From the IMG/VR virus record IMGVR_UViG_3300036715_000865: DNA of 34,836 bases; one strand, written 5' to 3'. This stretch comes from an uncultured virus (IMG/VR IMGVR_UViG_3300036715_000865) (lineage: Duplodnaviria > Heunggongvirae > Uroviricota > Caudoviricetes). Below the pieces are notes generated by a model. It worked only from the letters and a program-made list of their open reading frames with translations, made no database searches and was not told where the DNA came from. Made by a program: the position numbers and the translations under genes. Position 1 is the first letter of the stretch. Each line of letters begins with the position of its first letter. Below, piece by piece: positions 1 to 7,954 of this stretch.

Positions 1-1
1 A

Positions 2-637
2 ATCAAAACTGCTTATCGAAATCTGGCTAAGATTCATCATCCAGATAAAGGTGGTAGCGAAAAGGAGTTCAACAGAATACAGACTGCTTATGACGTCCTA
101 TCGGATGGAAAAAGGAGAGCAAAGTATGACTCAACTGGTAGAATCGAAAAGGATAAAGGATTTGAAGAACAGTTCTTTGGATTTGTAGCTAGTCAGATTG
201 TTCCGATAATCGAAAGAGCAGATAATCTTGACTTTGACTTAATGAAGAAAGCTAAGAAGCACGTGTCTGATTTAATTCGTGTTGGAACAGACAATATAAT
301 AGACTTAGGAAAGAAATCTAAACATATAGAAGCTGCGATTGTAAGATGTAAGAAAAAGAACGGAGGTGAAAATATCATGTCTAAGATTCTTGAATCAAAA
401 TTACATAACATTAAGAATGTAATTGAGCAAGTAAAAGAAGAGAAAGCGTTCATTGAAAAATGTCTTTTAGCACTTGATGATTATGATTACGATTTTACAG
501 AAGTTCCTGAAAAATCAAAACAAAAAGGATGGATTGCTATTGATTTAGAATCTTTATTTGGGGATAAATATTCTTCCAACATGCCAGGACAAGAAATATC
601 TGAAGACGATGCTAAACAACTCAAAGAGGATGAGTAG
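2..637 (+). CDS. J-domain (DnaJ-like) co-chaperone protein, 5'-truncated by the window edge
   Basis: Frame 2 is open from base 2 and reads IKTAYRNLAKIHHPDKGGSEKEFNRIQTAYDVLSDGKRRAKYD (J-domain with HPD). It continues in frame into the tracked ORF 242..637. Confidence 0.9.
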   Translation: MKTAYRNLAKIHHPDKGGSEKEFNRIQTAYDVLSDGKRRAKYDSTGRIEKDKGFEEQFFGFVASQIVPIIERADNLDFDLMKKAKKHVSDLIRVGTDNIIDLGKKSKHIEAAIVRCKKKNGGENIMSKILESKLHNIKNVIEQVKEEKAFIEKCLLALDDYDYDFTEVPEKSKQKGWIAIDLESLFGDKYSSNMPGQEISEDDAKQLKEDE

Positions 638-890
638 TAAAGTTCCTGCTCACGAGTTACCAGTAATGAAGGGATATTGTAAGACTTGTCCTTTCAAGCC
701 TGACGAGAACGGACGTCAACAAAATCCTACTTTAGCATCAGAAGTACAATCAAGAAATTTGTTTAAATCTCATCAAATCTGTCATGGAACAGAAGGTAAG
801 AATAGAAAAGCTAACAATCGTTGTAAGGGTTCGTTTGATACTAATATGGAAATTTACGAGCGTATGGGATATGCTCATTTAGTTAAATAG
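630..890 (+). CDS. Small Cys/His-rich putative metal-binding protein
   Basis: CKTCPF...ICH...RC pattern. ATG at 630 overlaps the end of the upstream gene and is a more likely start than 558. Confidence 0.65.
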   Translation: MSSKVPAHELPVMKGYCKTCPFKPDENGRQQNPTLASEVQSRNLFKSHQICHGTEGKNRKANNRCKGSFDTNMEIYERMGYAHLVK

Positions 891-906
891 CAAAGTTATA
901 TAACGT

Positions 907-1365
907 ATGAACATATTTGTTTTACATAATAGTCCTAAGATTGCTGCACAAATGCATAACGATAAGCATGTTGTAAAGATGATTCTTGAAACTGCTCAAT
1001 TATTATGTACTTCTGTAATAGTTAACGGAGGAGAAGCGCCATATAAATGTACACATATTAATCATCCTAGTGCAATTTGGACAAGAGAAAGCAGAAATAA
1101 CTATATTTGGCTTGTTAAGTTAGGATTATTCTTATGCAAGGAATACACTTTCAGATACGGCAAGGTTCACAAAAGCAAGGCAGTTATCGAGTATTGTTTA
1201 AAGAATATGCCTAATTTTGATAAGAAAGAAATGACGGATTTTGCGCTTGCTATGCCTGAACAATACAAATCAGACTCAGCTGTAGAATCTTATCGAGCAT
1301 ATTATTTAGGAGAAAAGATGCCTATATCTAATTGGACAAAACGTAATAAACCTCATTGGTTATGA
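907..1365 (+). CDS. denV: Pyrimidine-dimer DNA glycosylase (T4 endonuclease V-like family)
   Basis: MNIFVL start, HVVKMILETAQLL, HINHPSAIW, EYTFRYGKVH and AMPEQYK...YRAYY motifs typical of the phage family. Confidence 0.8.
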   Translation: MNIFVLHNSPKIAAQMHNDKHVVKMILETAQLLCTSVIVNGGEAPYKCTHINHPSAIWTRESRNNYIWLVKLGLFLCKEYTFRYGKVHKSKAVIEYCLKNMPNFDKKEMTDFALAMPEQYKSDSAVESYRAYYLGEKMPISNWTKRNKPHWL

Positions 1366-1697
1366 AAAAAGAAATCGAAGTATTTGAAGAAATTATAGAC
1401 CGTCATGCTAAACAACATATGGTTAAATGGAGTTTGACGAGGTTCAGAAATGACTTTCCAAGACTTAGAAGAGTGTTTCTGGATTCTATGATGGAGATTT
1501 ATTTAAATAAGCCTAAGATTGAATATACTCAACAGAACAGTATCGAGATTCTCAGACCTTGTCTATGGTTTGCCAAAGGTCAAGTCATTACTTACAGTAA
1601 AATGGAGGAATATTACACTCATAAATCAATACTAAGTTTATTGGAATATAAGTATATCAAGATAGTTCCTTTCGAGATAACACAAAATAAATTGTAA
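1362..1697 (+). CDS. Hypothetical protein
   Basis: ORF with ATGA overlap on the upstream stop; no recognised motif. Confidence 0.7.
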   Translation: MKKEIEVFEEIIDRHAKQHMVKWSLTRFRNDFPRLRRVFLDSMMEIYLNKPKIEYTQQNSIEILRPCLWFAKGQVITYSKMEEYYTHKSILSLLEYKYIKIVPFEITQNKL

Positions 1698-1756
1698 CAA
1701 ATTTTGTTATTCAAAATATTAGTTATTACTTAGTATCATACTTAAATGGTAAAATT

Positions 1757-2140
1757 ATGAAAAAGTTAATGTTTTTAGTGTGTTTGTTTGTAGCTTCAAG
1801 TGTATCTGCACAATATGATTCAGACGAAAAGGATATGATTGCCTCTGCTTCAGAATACAAAGTAGAAGATATGAATGCTAATATCTACAATTTCAAAGGA
1901 GAAAATATTAGTTTCTGGTACAAAGAATCAAATAATGAAGCACAAGGACAACTGATAGTTGGAGACGTAACATGTGATGTTTACGGTATCTATATGAGCG
2001 AAGGTATGTATTTCGGTTCGGTTTGGTGTAAAGGAAAAAGCAGAGGAGTTATATATTGGGATTACACCGATGGCTGTATGACAATTATTAATAAGGTCGA
2101 TAGTAAGACTTACGAGGGTGAAGTCTGTAGAGTAAATTAA
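1757..2140 (+). CDS. Secreted/periplasmic hypothetical protein
   Basis: Sec signal peptide MKKLMFLVCLFVASSVSA|Q followed by a beta-rich domain. Confidence 0.75.
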   Translation: MKKLMFLVCLFVASSVSAQYDSDEKDMIASASEYKVEDMNANIYNFKGENISFWYKESNNEAQGQLIVGDVTCDVYGIYMSEGMYFGSVWCKGKSRGVIYWDYTDGCMTIINKVDSKTYEGEVCRVN

Positions 2141-2171
2141 TTACAAAGTTAATCTTTAAAAACAAATTAAG

Positions 2172-2597
2172 ATGAAAAGTGTATTAGGATTGTTGATGAT
2201 TATAGGACTGCTGTTCTTAACATCGTGTAAAAAAGAAGTCGTCTCACAGACGCAGAAAACTGGAACCGAGTTAAACGGTGATTGGGTCATTCAGGAACAA
2301 GGTATCATTGTAGATATCCAAGGAACAGACACTACGTGGACAGAGGGATTCTACCAAGGAGATGGAAACTGTTGTAATGTAGAATGTGTAAGTATTACCA
2401 ATACTTCGTTCAGTATCGGAACTCAAGTAATTGTCGATAATATTTCTTATCATGTTGTAGATTTAAATGAAACAGGATACGGATTAGCAGGAGATGGCGA
2501 ACCACAAATATACCGATATTGGATTGCGCTTGTAATAGATGTTCCCTACATAGGCTGTGTCAATGATATGGTGTTAGGTAAACGAATAACCGACTAG
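2172..2597 (+). CDS. Lipoprotein (Bacteroidota-type signal)
   Basis: Hydrophobic signal ending LTS-C followed by KKE; ELNGDW resembles the start of lipocalin-like barrels. Confidence 0.75.
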   Translation: MKSVLGLLMIIGLLFLTSCKKEVVSQTQKTGTELNGDWVIQEQGIIVDIQGTDTTWTEGFYQGDGNCCNVECVSITNTSFSIGTQVIVDNISYHVVDLNETGYGLAGDGEPQIYRYWIALVIDVPYIGCVNDMVLGKRITD

Positions 2598-2611
2598 AAA
2601 GGTCGATTGGC

Positions 2612-2685
2612 GCTGTCGTAAAGCTCAGTTGGCTAGAGCTGTGGAGACTAATCCATGTGCGCAGGTTCGAGTCCTGTCGACAGTA
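2612..2685 (+). tRNA. tRNA-like element with non-canonical anticodon loop (possible pseudo-tRNA; identity undetermined)
   Basis: Acceptor GCTGTCG/CGACAGT, D-arm GCTC-AGTTGGCTA-GAGC, anticodon stem GTGGA/TCCAT with a 6-nt loop GACTAA, T-arm GCAGG-TTCGAGT-CCTGT; no encoded CCA. Confidence 0.75.
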
Positions 2686-2699
2686 CAAAAATTTGAATT

Positions 2700-3161
2700 A
2701 TGGAAAGTATAGATTACGTAAAAGGTGACTTGATAAAGTTAGCAGACGATGGAGAGTTCGATATGATAGTACATGGTTGTAATTGCTTTGCAACGATGGC
2801 TGCTGGAATAGCTTATCCTATTGGTCGAAGATGGCCAGAGGCAAAGAAAATCGATGCTCTAACAAAAAGAGGGGATGTTCATAAATTAGGTTCTTACACC
2901 GTAGTGGATGTTAAGACAAAGTCGGGTGCGAACTTAAAAGTTATGAATGCCTACACTCAGTATAAGCCTGGACCAGATTTCAAACTTGTACATTTAGAAT
3001 CGGTTCTATTCAGAATAAGAGAAAAATTTCCAGATTTACATATTGGTATTCCGTTAATAGGATGCGGAATTGGAGGTGGAGATTGGTCAGAAGTAGAGAA
3101 GATGATTAATACAGAGTTTAACGACTTATATATAACCGTAGTAATTTATGAGCAAGATTAG
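2700..3161 (+). CDS. Macrodomain protein (ADP-ribose processing; T4 Tk.4-like)
   Basis: VKGDL, IVHGCNCFATMAAGIA, NAYTQY and IPLIGCGIGGGDW motifs. Confidence 0.9.
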   Translation: MESIDYVKGDLIKLADDGEFDMIVHGCNCFATMAAGIAYPIGRRWPEAKKIDALTKRGDVHKLGSYTVVDVKTKSGANLKVMNAYTQYKPGPDFKLVHLESVLFRIREKFPDLHIGIPLIGCGIGGGDWSEVEKMINTEFNDLYITVVIYEQD

Positions 3162-3357
3162 AGCGAAGTTAGAAACTTCATTCACTCAAACAGCAGAGCA
3201 TAAGAATTTCCTAAAGAAGTTTGATTTAAAGAATATATCAACATCCAAAACTAAGGTTGGAGAAAAATTCTTTTGCTTCACTGTAAAATCAGAAGACACA
3301 TTGCAAGACTTAAAGATAGCTTGTGAAATGTCTAGATACAATCTAATCGTAGAATAA
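3148..3357 (+). CDS. Hypothetical protein
   Basis: ORF tightly overlapping both neighbours. Confidence 0.6.
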   Translation: MSKIRAKLETSFTQTAEHKNFLKKFDLKNISTSKTKVGEKFFCFTVKSEDTLQDLKIACEMSRYNLIVE

Positions 3358-4004
3358 TGTTCGCTGGAAAATACAAACTCAAAATTGAAGAACTAGAGAT
3401 TGAGAAAGGTTTTCTGGAGAATAAGAATTTTCAATTGGAAAATAGAATTCAAGAACTTGAGATTAAAAATCTTGACCTAGCGACAAATCAAGGAACTATG
3501 CCTGATATGCGTTACATCGAAATCTATATGTTCAAGTTGCTTAGATTCATTTCTTCAGAGGAGTTCCTAGAAATCAAATCTCAAAAGCAGCAAGGAGTTC
3601 TGTATGAATTTGAATACATTAAACAAACTTTCAACATAATCAAAAATTTCTACAATAAGAAAGAAGAGATTATAGCTTACAGAGATACTTTTGAATTAGA
3701 AGGATTAGAAATTCAGCTTACAAATCTAACGTTAAACAAAGAGAAAACACCTGAACAAGAAAAGCGTCACCGAGAATTAATTGCAATGATTCCTAATATG
3801 AGAAGTGATGCTCTTTTTGTATATTCATTTTCATGTTTAGAAGTTGCTTCTTCAGTTTTAGATTGTTCTCAAACAGAAATATTACAATGTCTAATCGGTT
3901 CTAAGAAATCTTCTGGCGGCTACAAGTTTGAGTATGAAATAGAGTGGAGTAAAAGTCAACCAAAAGAATCATCGATAATTAAAATTTCCAAAGCATGGGA
4001 GTAG
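3357..4004 (+). CDS. Coiled-coil protein with C-terminal NUMOD1-like HTH
   Basis: N-terminal heptads; C-terminal FSCLEVASSVLDCSQTEILQCLIGSKKSSGGYKFEY resembles NUMOD1. Confidence 0.55.
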   Translation: MFAGKYKLKIEELEIEKGFLENKNFQLENRIQELEIKNLDLATNQGTMPDMRYIEIYMFKLLRFISSEEFLEIKSQKQQGVLYEFEYIKQTFNIIKNFYNKKEEIIAYRDTFELEGLEIQLTNLTLNKEKTPEQEKRHRELIAMIPNMRSDALFVYSFSCLEVASSVLDCSQTEILQCLIGSKKSSGGYKFEYEIEWSKSQPKESSIIKISKAWE

Positions 4005-4267
4005 AAAACTTAAATTTATTGATTAGTGGGAAATATTTAAATCCTAAACAAAGAAAACTAGCTAAGTTTGAATTCAATTATTTGATAACTCAGAACAAGA
4101 ATATGAAACCAGAGCCAAAACAAAAAGCCGCAAGCAAGATTATTAAAAATCAGGAAAAGAAGAAAGAGAATGACAAGTTCAATAAGAATCATGATAATCA
4201 ATTCGGTCATACAAACGAAGAAATAAAACATAACGGAAATCATGGCAAAGACACTTTTGGAGTTTGA
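3995..4267 (+). CDS. Hypothetical basic protein
   Basis: ORF fills the gap between neighbours with short overlaps; start uncertain. Confidence 0.45.
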   Translation: MGVENLNLLISGKYLNPKQRKLAKFEFNYLITQNKNMKPEPKQKAASKIIKNQEKKKENDKFNKNHDNQFGHTNEEIKHNGNHGKDTFGV

Positions 4268-4493
4268 TGGAAAAATCATAGATGTATTTAAAATCGGAGA
4301 TATTGAGAAGTTAGATGAGTATGATGATGATTTACAAAAATTAGTATATCGTATCTACTTTAATAAGAATCTTGATGACCTTCAATATTTGAAGACTTAC
4401 AGATTTACATATTTCGATGAACAATTTCGGAATGATAGATTTGAAGAACTTCTTATCAGATTAGAAGACATCGAACATATTACACTTTTGTAA
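4242..4493 (+). CDS. Hypothetical protein
   Basis: 83-aa ORF in operon-like context. Confidence 0.7.
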   Translation: MAKTLLEFDGKIIDVFKIGDIEKLDEYDDDLQKLVYRIYFNKNLDDLQYLKTYRFTYFDEQFRNDRFEELLIRLEDIEHITLL

Positions 4494-4503
4494 ATAAATA
4501 AAT

Positions 4504-4926
4504 ATGGAAATAATAGTTAAAAGGTTACTGCCTGAAGCAGTTATGCCTAAGAGAGCAAACAAGACAGATGCTGGGGTTGACCTTGTAGCTACTTCAAAAA
4601 GAATCGAAGGTGATTTATTCATCGAGTATGGAACAGGTATTGCAGTTGAAATACCGAAAGGATATGTTGGGCTGTTATTCCCAAGAAGTTCTGTAACGAA
4701 TAAGCAGATGATGTTGAAAAATTCTGTAGGTGTAATTGATTCTGAGTACCGTGGTGAGATCAAAGCTAGATTTATGTTTCGTGACGAAAACGAAGAACAT
4801 TATTCTGTAGGTGAAAGAGTCGCTCAACTTCTTATAGTGCCTATTGCTCTTCCAGACTTCATTGAATCAGAAGTTCTAAATGAATCTGACAGAGGTGAAG
4901 GTGGTTTTGGTTCTACTGGTAAATAG
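4504..4926 (+). CDS. dut: dUTP diphosphatase (trimeric dUTPase)
   Basis: All five motifs: AGVDL, PRSS, GVIDSEYRGE, ERVAQL, RGEGGFGSTG. Confidence 0.97.
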   Translation: MEIIVKRLLPEAVMPKRANKTDAGVDLVATSKRIEGDLFIEYGTGIAVEIPKGYVGLLFPRSSVTNKQMMLKNSVGVIDSEYRGEIKARFMFRDENEEHYSVGERVAQLLIVPIALPDFIESEVLNESDRGEGGFGSTGK

Positions 4927-4958
4927 AACATAGTTACTATCGTTATAAAATTCTAAAA

Positions 4959-5405
4959 ATGGAAGAGAAAAACAATATTACAAAAGAAAGTATTCTCAAG
5001 AGAATCACTGACCTGAAGGTTAACGGATTGAACGTTCAGAAAGTAGGAACAAGAAGTTATGGCTTTGGAAGAGGAGAAATTGAAAATGCTCTAGTTGCTC
5101 AAGTAAGAATGACTGACCCATCTGTAAATGAAAGAGTGAGTGTAATGATTGATATTCATCAACACGACACTTTGAATACGTTGAGTTACAAACTTGATAT
5201 CGCAGAAGGACTTCTTTCTCAGGCTCAAATTATCAACACGCAAAAGGAACAAGAAGAGTTGATAAATAATAAGCGTCAAGAAGCTATGAAAACTGCTGAG
5301 GATGAGATGATTCAATTAAAGAAAAATTCTCCAATCTTGTATGATTTCTTGAGTTCTAATCTTGAATTAGAGAGCCCATCTACACAGATGATGTCTCCAA
5401 ATTAA
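4959..5405 (+). CDS. Hypothetical protein
   Basis: 148-aa ORF with a helical C-terminus. Confidence 0.7.
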   Translation: MEEKNNITKESILKRITDLKVNGLNVQKVGTRSYGFGRGEIENALVAQVRMTDPSVNERVSVMIDIHQHDTLNTLSYKLDIAEGLLSQAQIINTQKEQEELINNKRQEAMKTAEDEMIQLKKNSPILYDFLSSNLELESPSTQMMSPN

Positions 5406-5459
5406 TTTACAAAGTTTATTAAAGTCTATTAATCAGTAATCAAATAAAAACAAATAGTT

Positions 5460-5657
5460 ATGGCTATCGAAGGTTACAACGTAAAGTTGAAAGTAAAAGA
5501 GGTAATGAAAGATGTCGTTATCAACAAGAATGGAAATCGTTATTTCGCAAGTGGAATGGGTTCTGACGGAACTAAAATGTCTGCTGTAATGGGAGAAGTG
5601 AAAGTAAAAGAAGCGTTGAAGAACAAAGACGCCAAAAAAGGAACTGGTTGGGATTAA
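5460..5657 (+). CDS. Small basic protein, DUF5679/Cren7-like (Cys-free variant); possible DNA-binding protein
   Basis: EGYNVKLKVKEVMKD...KNGNR..ASG...DGTKM matches the spacing of the YCVKC..MK...KNGR...G.C..CGTKM pattern; followed by a terminator. Confidence 0.5.
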   Translation: MAIEGYNVKLKVKEVMKDVVINKNGNRYFASGMGSDGTKMSAVMGEVKVKEALKNKDAKKGTGWD

Positions 5658-5678
5658 TTCTCAATCTTTCATAAGAAT

Positions 5679-5708
5679 GACCCTCTGCTAAAAAGTAGAG
5701 GGTTTTTT
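5679..5708 (+). terminator. Rho-independent terminator
   Basis: ACCCTCTGCT-AAAA-AGTAGAGGGT hairpin followed by a T-run. Confidence 0.85.
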
Positions 5709-5726
5709 ATTTTAAATAATTGAGTT

Positions 5727-5936
5727 ATGATAGGAAGAAAAGTATTTGTGAGATATACAGAAGTTGGCACAGATAATGTCGAAAATTCTAAGGAATCAAG
5801 TGGAGAGGTTGTAGATAAAATTTTAGTTAGCATAGTTCATAATGGTGACGTTGTATCAAATGACAACTATTTAATAAGAAAAGAGGATGGAACTTGTTTA
5901 GTTCTACATCCATCTTGTATCTTAAAAATAGATTAG
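5727..5936 (+). CDS. Hypothetical protein (small beta-barrel-like)
   Basis: 69-aa ORF. Confidence 0.65.
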   Translation: MIGRKVFVRYTEVGTDNVENSKESSGEVVDKILVSIVHNGDVVSNDNYLIRKEDGTCLVLHPSCILKID

Positions 5937-5937
5937 T

Positions 5938-6447
5938 ATGAGCAATTTGAACTACATTGAGACAAACAAAAGGGATGGATTCCTTTATTCGGTATTATTG
6001 TTTGATGATAAGAAGAAATATCAACAACAGCTTACTTTAATAAATAAGGCAAAAGTAAGACAGGTTCTATTTTCAGGAAGCACTCAAGATATGATGAACC
6101 AGAATGGAGAAGTTTTGATAGGTTCAAGGGTTCGTTATTATATGGAACAGAAATGGAGTGACGGTGAAATATCCTCAAATTCTGGTTATCCTTACTACGA
6201 AATAAAGCCTGATAATTTGCCTAATTATCGTCATTCTGTACATAAGAGATTTGTAGTAAGTGAAGTAATGTCTACTCAGAAACTTGCAGATACTTATGTT
6301 CATATGATTTCCGAGAATAAATGGCAACATTATGAGTTAGGTATTCTGAAGATGAATGACAAGTCTTACAGAAAATCGGTTGATAGTTTAGCTAATATAT
6401 CTACCAAAGGTAAGTATATCATCATGCTAAAGCAGGAGTTAGCATAG
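5938..6447 (+). CDS. Hypothetical protein with SH3/Tudor-like segment
   Basis: IGSRVRYY...WSDGEI...YYEIKPD pattern. Confidence 0.6.
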   Translation: MSNLNYIETNKRDGFLYSVLLFDDKKKYQQQLTLINKAKVRQVLFSGSTQDMMNQNGEVLIGSRVRYYMEQKWSDGEISSNSGYPYYEIKPDNLPNYRHSVHKRFVVSEVMSTQKLADTYVHMISENKWQHYELGILKMNDKSYRKSVDSLANISTKGKYIIMLKQELA

Positions 6448-6462
6448 TTAACTAAAAATAAA

Positions 6463-6705
6463 ATGGCTAAATTTCTTGAAGTAACTAGCGTAGACACACC
6501 GAATAATCATCTGCCTAATCCTTTAGTGGTAGGTGAAATCGTAATGGAAATACAAGACGAAAAATACGATGGAACCAAATATGTTAAAGTCTATCACAAT
6601 GAAGGCAAAAACATTAGTTCATTTTCACGTTCGACATTTAAGAAGTATTCCGCAAAAGATAAGATTGAGTTAATCAAACTTATTAAGAATAAAGGCAGAG
6701 CATGA
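6463..6705 (+). CDS. Hypothetical protein
   Basis: 80-aa ORF with ATGA overlap to the next gene. Confidence 0.65.
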   Translation: MAKFLEVTSVDTPNNHLPNPLVVGEIVMEIQDEKYDGTKYVKVYHNEGKNISSFSRSTFKKYSAKDKIELIKLIKNKGRA

Positions 6706-7328
6706 AGAAAGCTAATTATATCATATTTGATGTCGAAACAGGAGGATTCAATGAACAAGAAAATCCGATTACTCAGATTGCCTTGTTGACTATCGATGCT
6801 ACAACTTTGAAAGAGATAGACCGATTTGAGACTTTCATCAAGCCTTATGACGATTTAGTTATAACCAAAGAAGCATTAGATATAACTGGCTTGAAAATGA
6901 CTGATATCAATAAGGGAGTAGACAAAAAAGAAGCTGTGGATATTTTGTCTAAGTATCTAAAGAAATCTATGCCTAATAACAGACCTGAGAATAGACCTGT
7001 TATGATAGGACATAATGTTCAATTTGATATGAGATTCTTATTCTACTTATTTGAGTCTTGCAAGAAGGATTTGTTTTCTTCAGTTGGCGATACGACTATT
7101 TGTACAATGGCTTTAGCAAAACAAGCGTATCCAGATGCTCCCAGCTTGAAACTAGGTAAAGTTTGTGAAGAAGCAGGAATCAAATTAAATGATGCACATA
7201 AAGCTATGAATGACGTATTAGCTACCACGGAACTGTTCAGGTATTTTACAAACAGACTTAGAAGTGCTGGAAGTGCCTCCAAAGTTAATATCGAAAGTAA
7301 AAAATCACGTTTAAAATTTCAATTCTAA
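6702..7328 (+). CDS. DEDDh 3'-5' exonuclease (DnaQ/RNase T-like)
   Basis: ExoI FDVETGG, ExoII GHNVQFD, ExoIII HKAMND. Confidence 0.93.
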   Translation: MKKANYIIFDVETGGFNEQENPITQIALLTIDATTLKEIDRFETFIKPYDDLVITKEALDITGLKMTDINKGVDKKEAVDILSKYLKKSMPNNRPENRPVMIGHNVQFDMRFLFYLFESCKKDLFSSVGDTTICTMALAKQAYPDAPSLKLGKVCEEAGIKLNDAHKAMNDVLATTELFRYFTNRLRSAGSASKVNIESKKSRLKFQF

Positions 7329-7332
7329 TTGT

Positions 7333-7950
7333 ATGGAAGATTCAACTGTCGAAGAAACGACAACGATGGAAACGATTCAGGAGGACAAAACTCCAATTGT
7401 AAAAGAGGTTAAGCAAAAGTTCTTGTTCTTAGGACAAACAGAAGAGGTTGACCGAATCACTAAATATATGAAATCTCAAAAAGATTGTACATTAATTGTA
7501 TTATCGAAAGATGAGATGGATTTGATAGTTGGAAGTAGAGTTGGTCGACAAAGAGAAGAGGAGGTTGAATCATTCCTAGATGATGACCGACATAAACAAC
7601 GTGCTGAATCTTTAGCTATGGAGTTTATGGGTAGATTTGGAGAAGGTTTTGACAAAGGATTTGTTAGATTATCTTCTTTGAAGAAAGCTACAAGCCTATC
7701 TTGGACGAAATTCAATGAAGTTATTTCTACTTTAGATATGTTCGGTTTTGTATCTTGGAATGAAGGCAAAAGAGAATCGTTAAAAATTATCGTTGATAAA
7801 CAAAAAATCATTGATAATAGAAAAGTAGAGATTCAAAGAACATTGGATTTTGCCTTAGGTCAATTGATTTCACTTCAGATTAGTTCTAAAGGGTCAATTG
7901 ATTCAAAGAAAATAGAAGCCTTGAAAAAGAGTTTGAAAGTAACATTCTGA
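7333..7950 (+). CDS. Hypothetical protein with winged-helix-like segment; candidate terminase small subunit
   Basis: LSSLKKATSLSWTKFNEVISTLDMFGFV; lies 4 nt upstream of terL. The role is a positional inference. Confidence 0.45.
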   Translation: MEDSTVEETTTMETIQEDKTPIVKEVKQKFLFLGQTEEVDRITKYMKSQKDCTLIVLSKDEMDLIVGSRVGRQREEEVESFLDDDRHKQRAESLAMEFMGRFGEGFDKGFVRLSSLKKATSLSWTKFNEVISTLDMFGFVSWNEGKRESLKIIVDKQKIIDNRKVEIQRTLDFALGQLISLQISSKGSIDSKKIEALKKSLKVTF

Positions 7951-7954
7951 TGAT

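Noticed and set aside
558..629. Tracked start at 558 for the Cys-rich ORF
   Set aside because: It would overlap the J-domain gene by 80 nt; ATG 630 gives a normal short overlap.
2646..4926. Amber (TAG) stop-codon reassignment suggested by CTA in the tRNA-like loop
   Set aside because: Genes are intact under the standard code, and TAG ends proteins at natural C-termini (dUTPase stops at GFGSTGK-TAG). The loop geometry is not that of a working suppressor.
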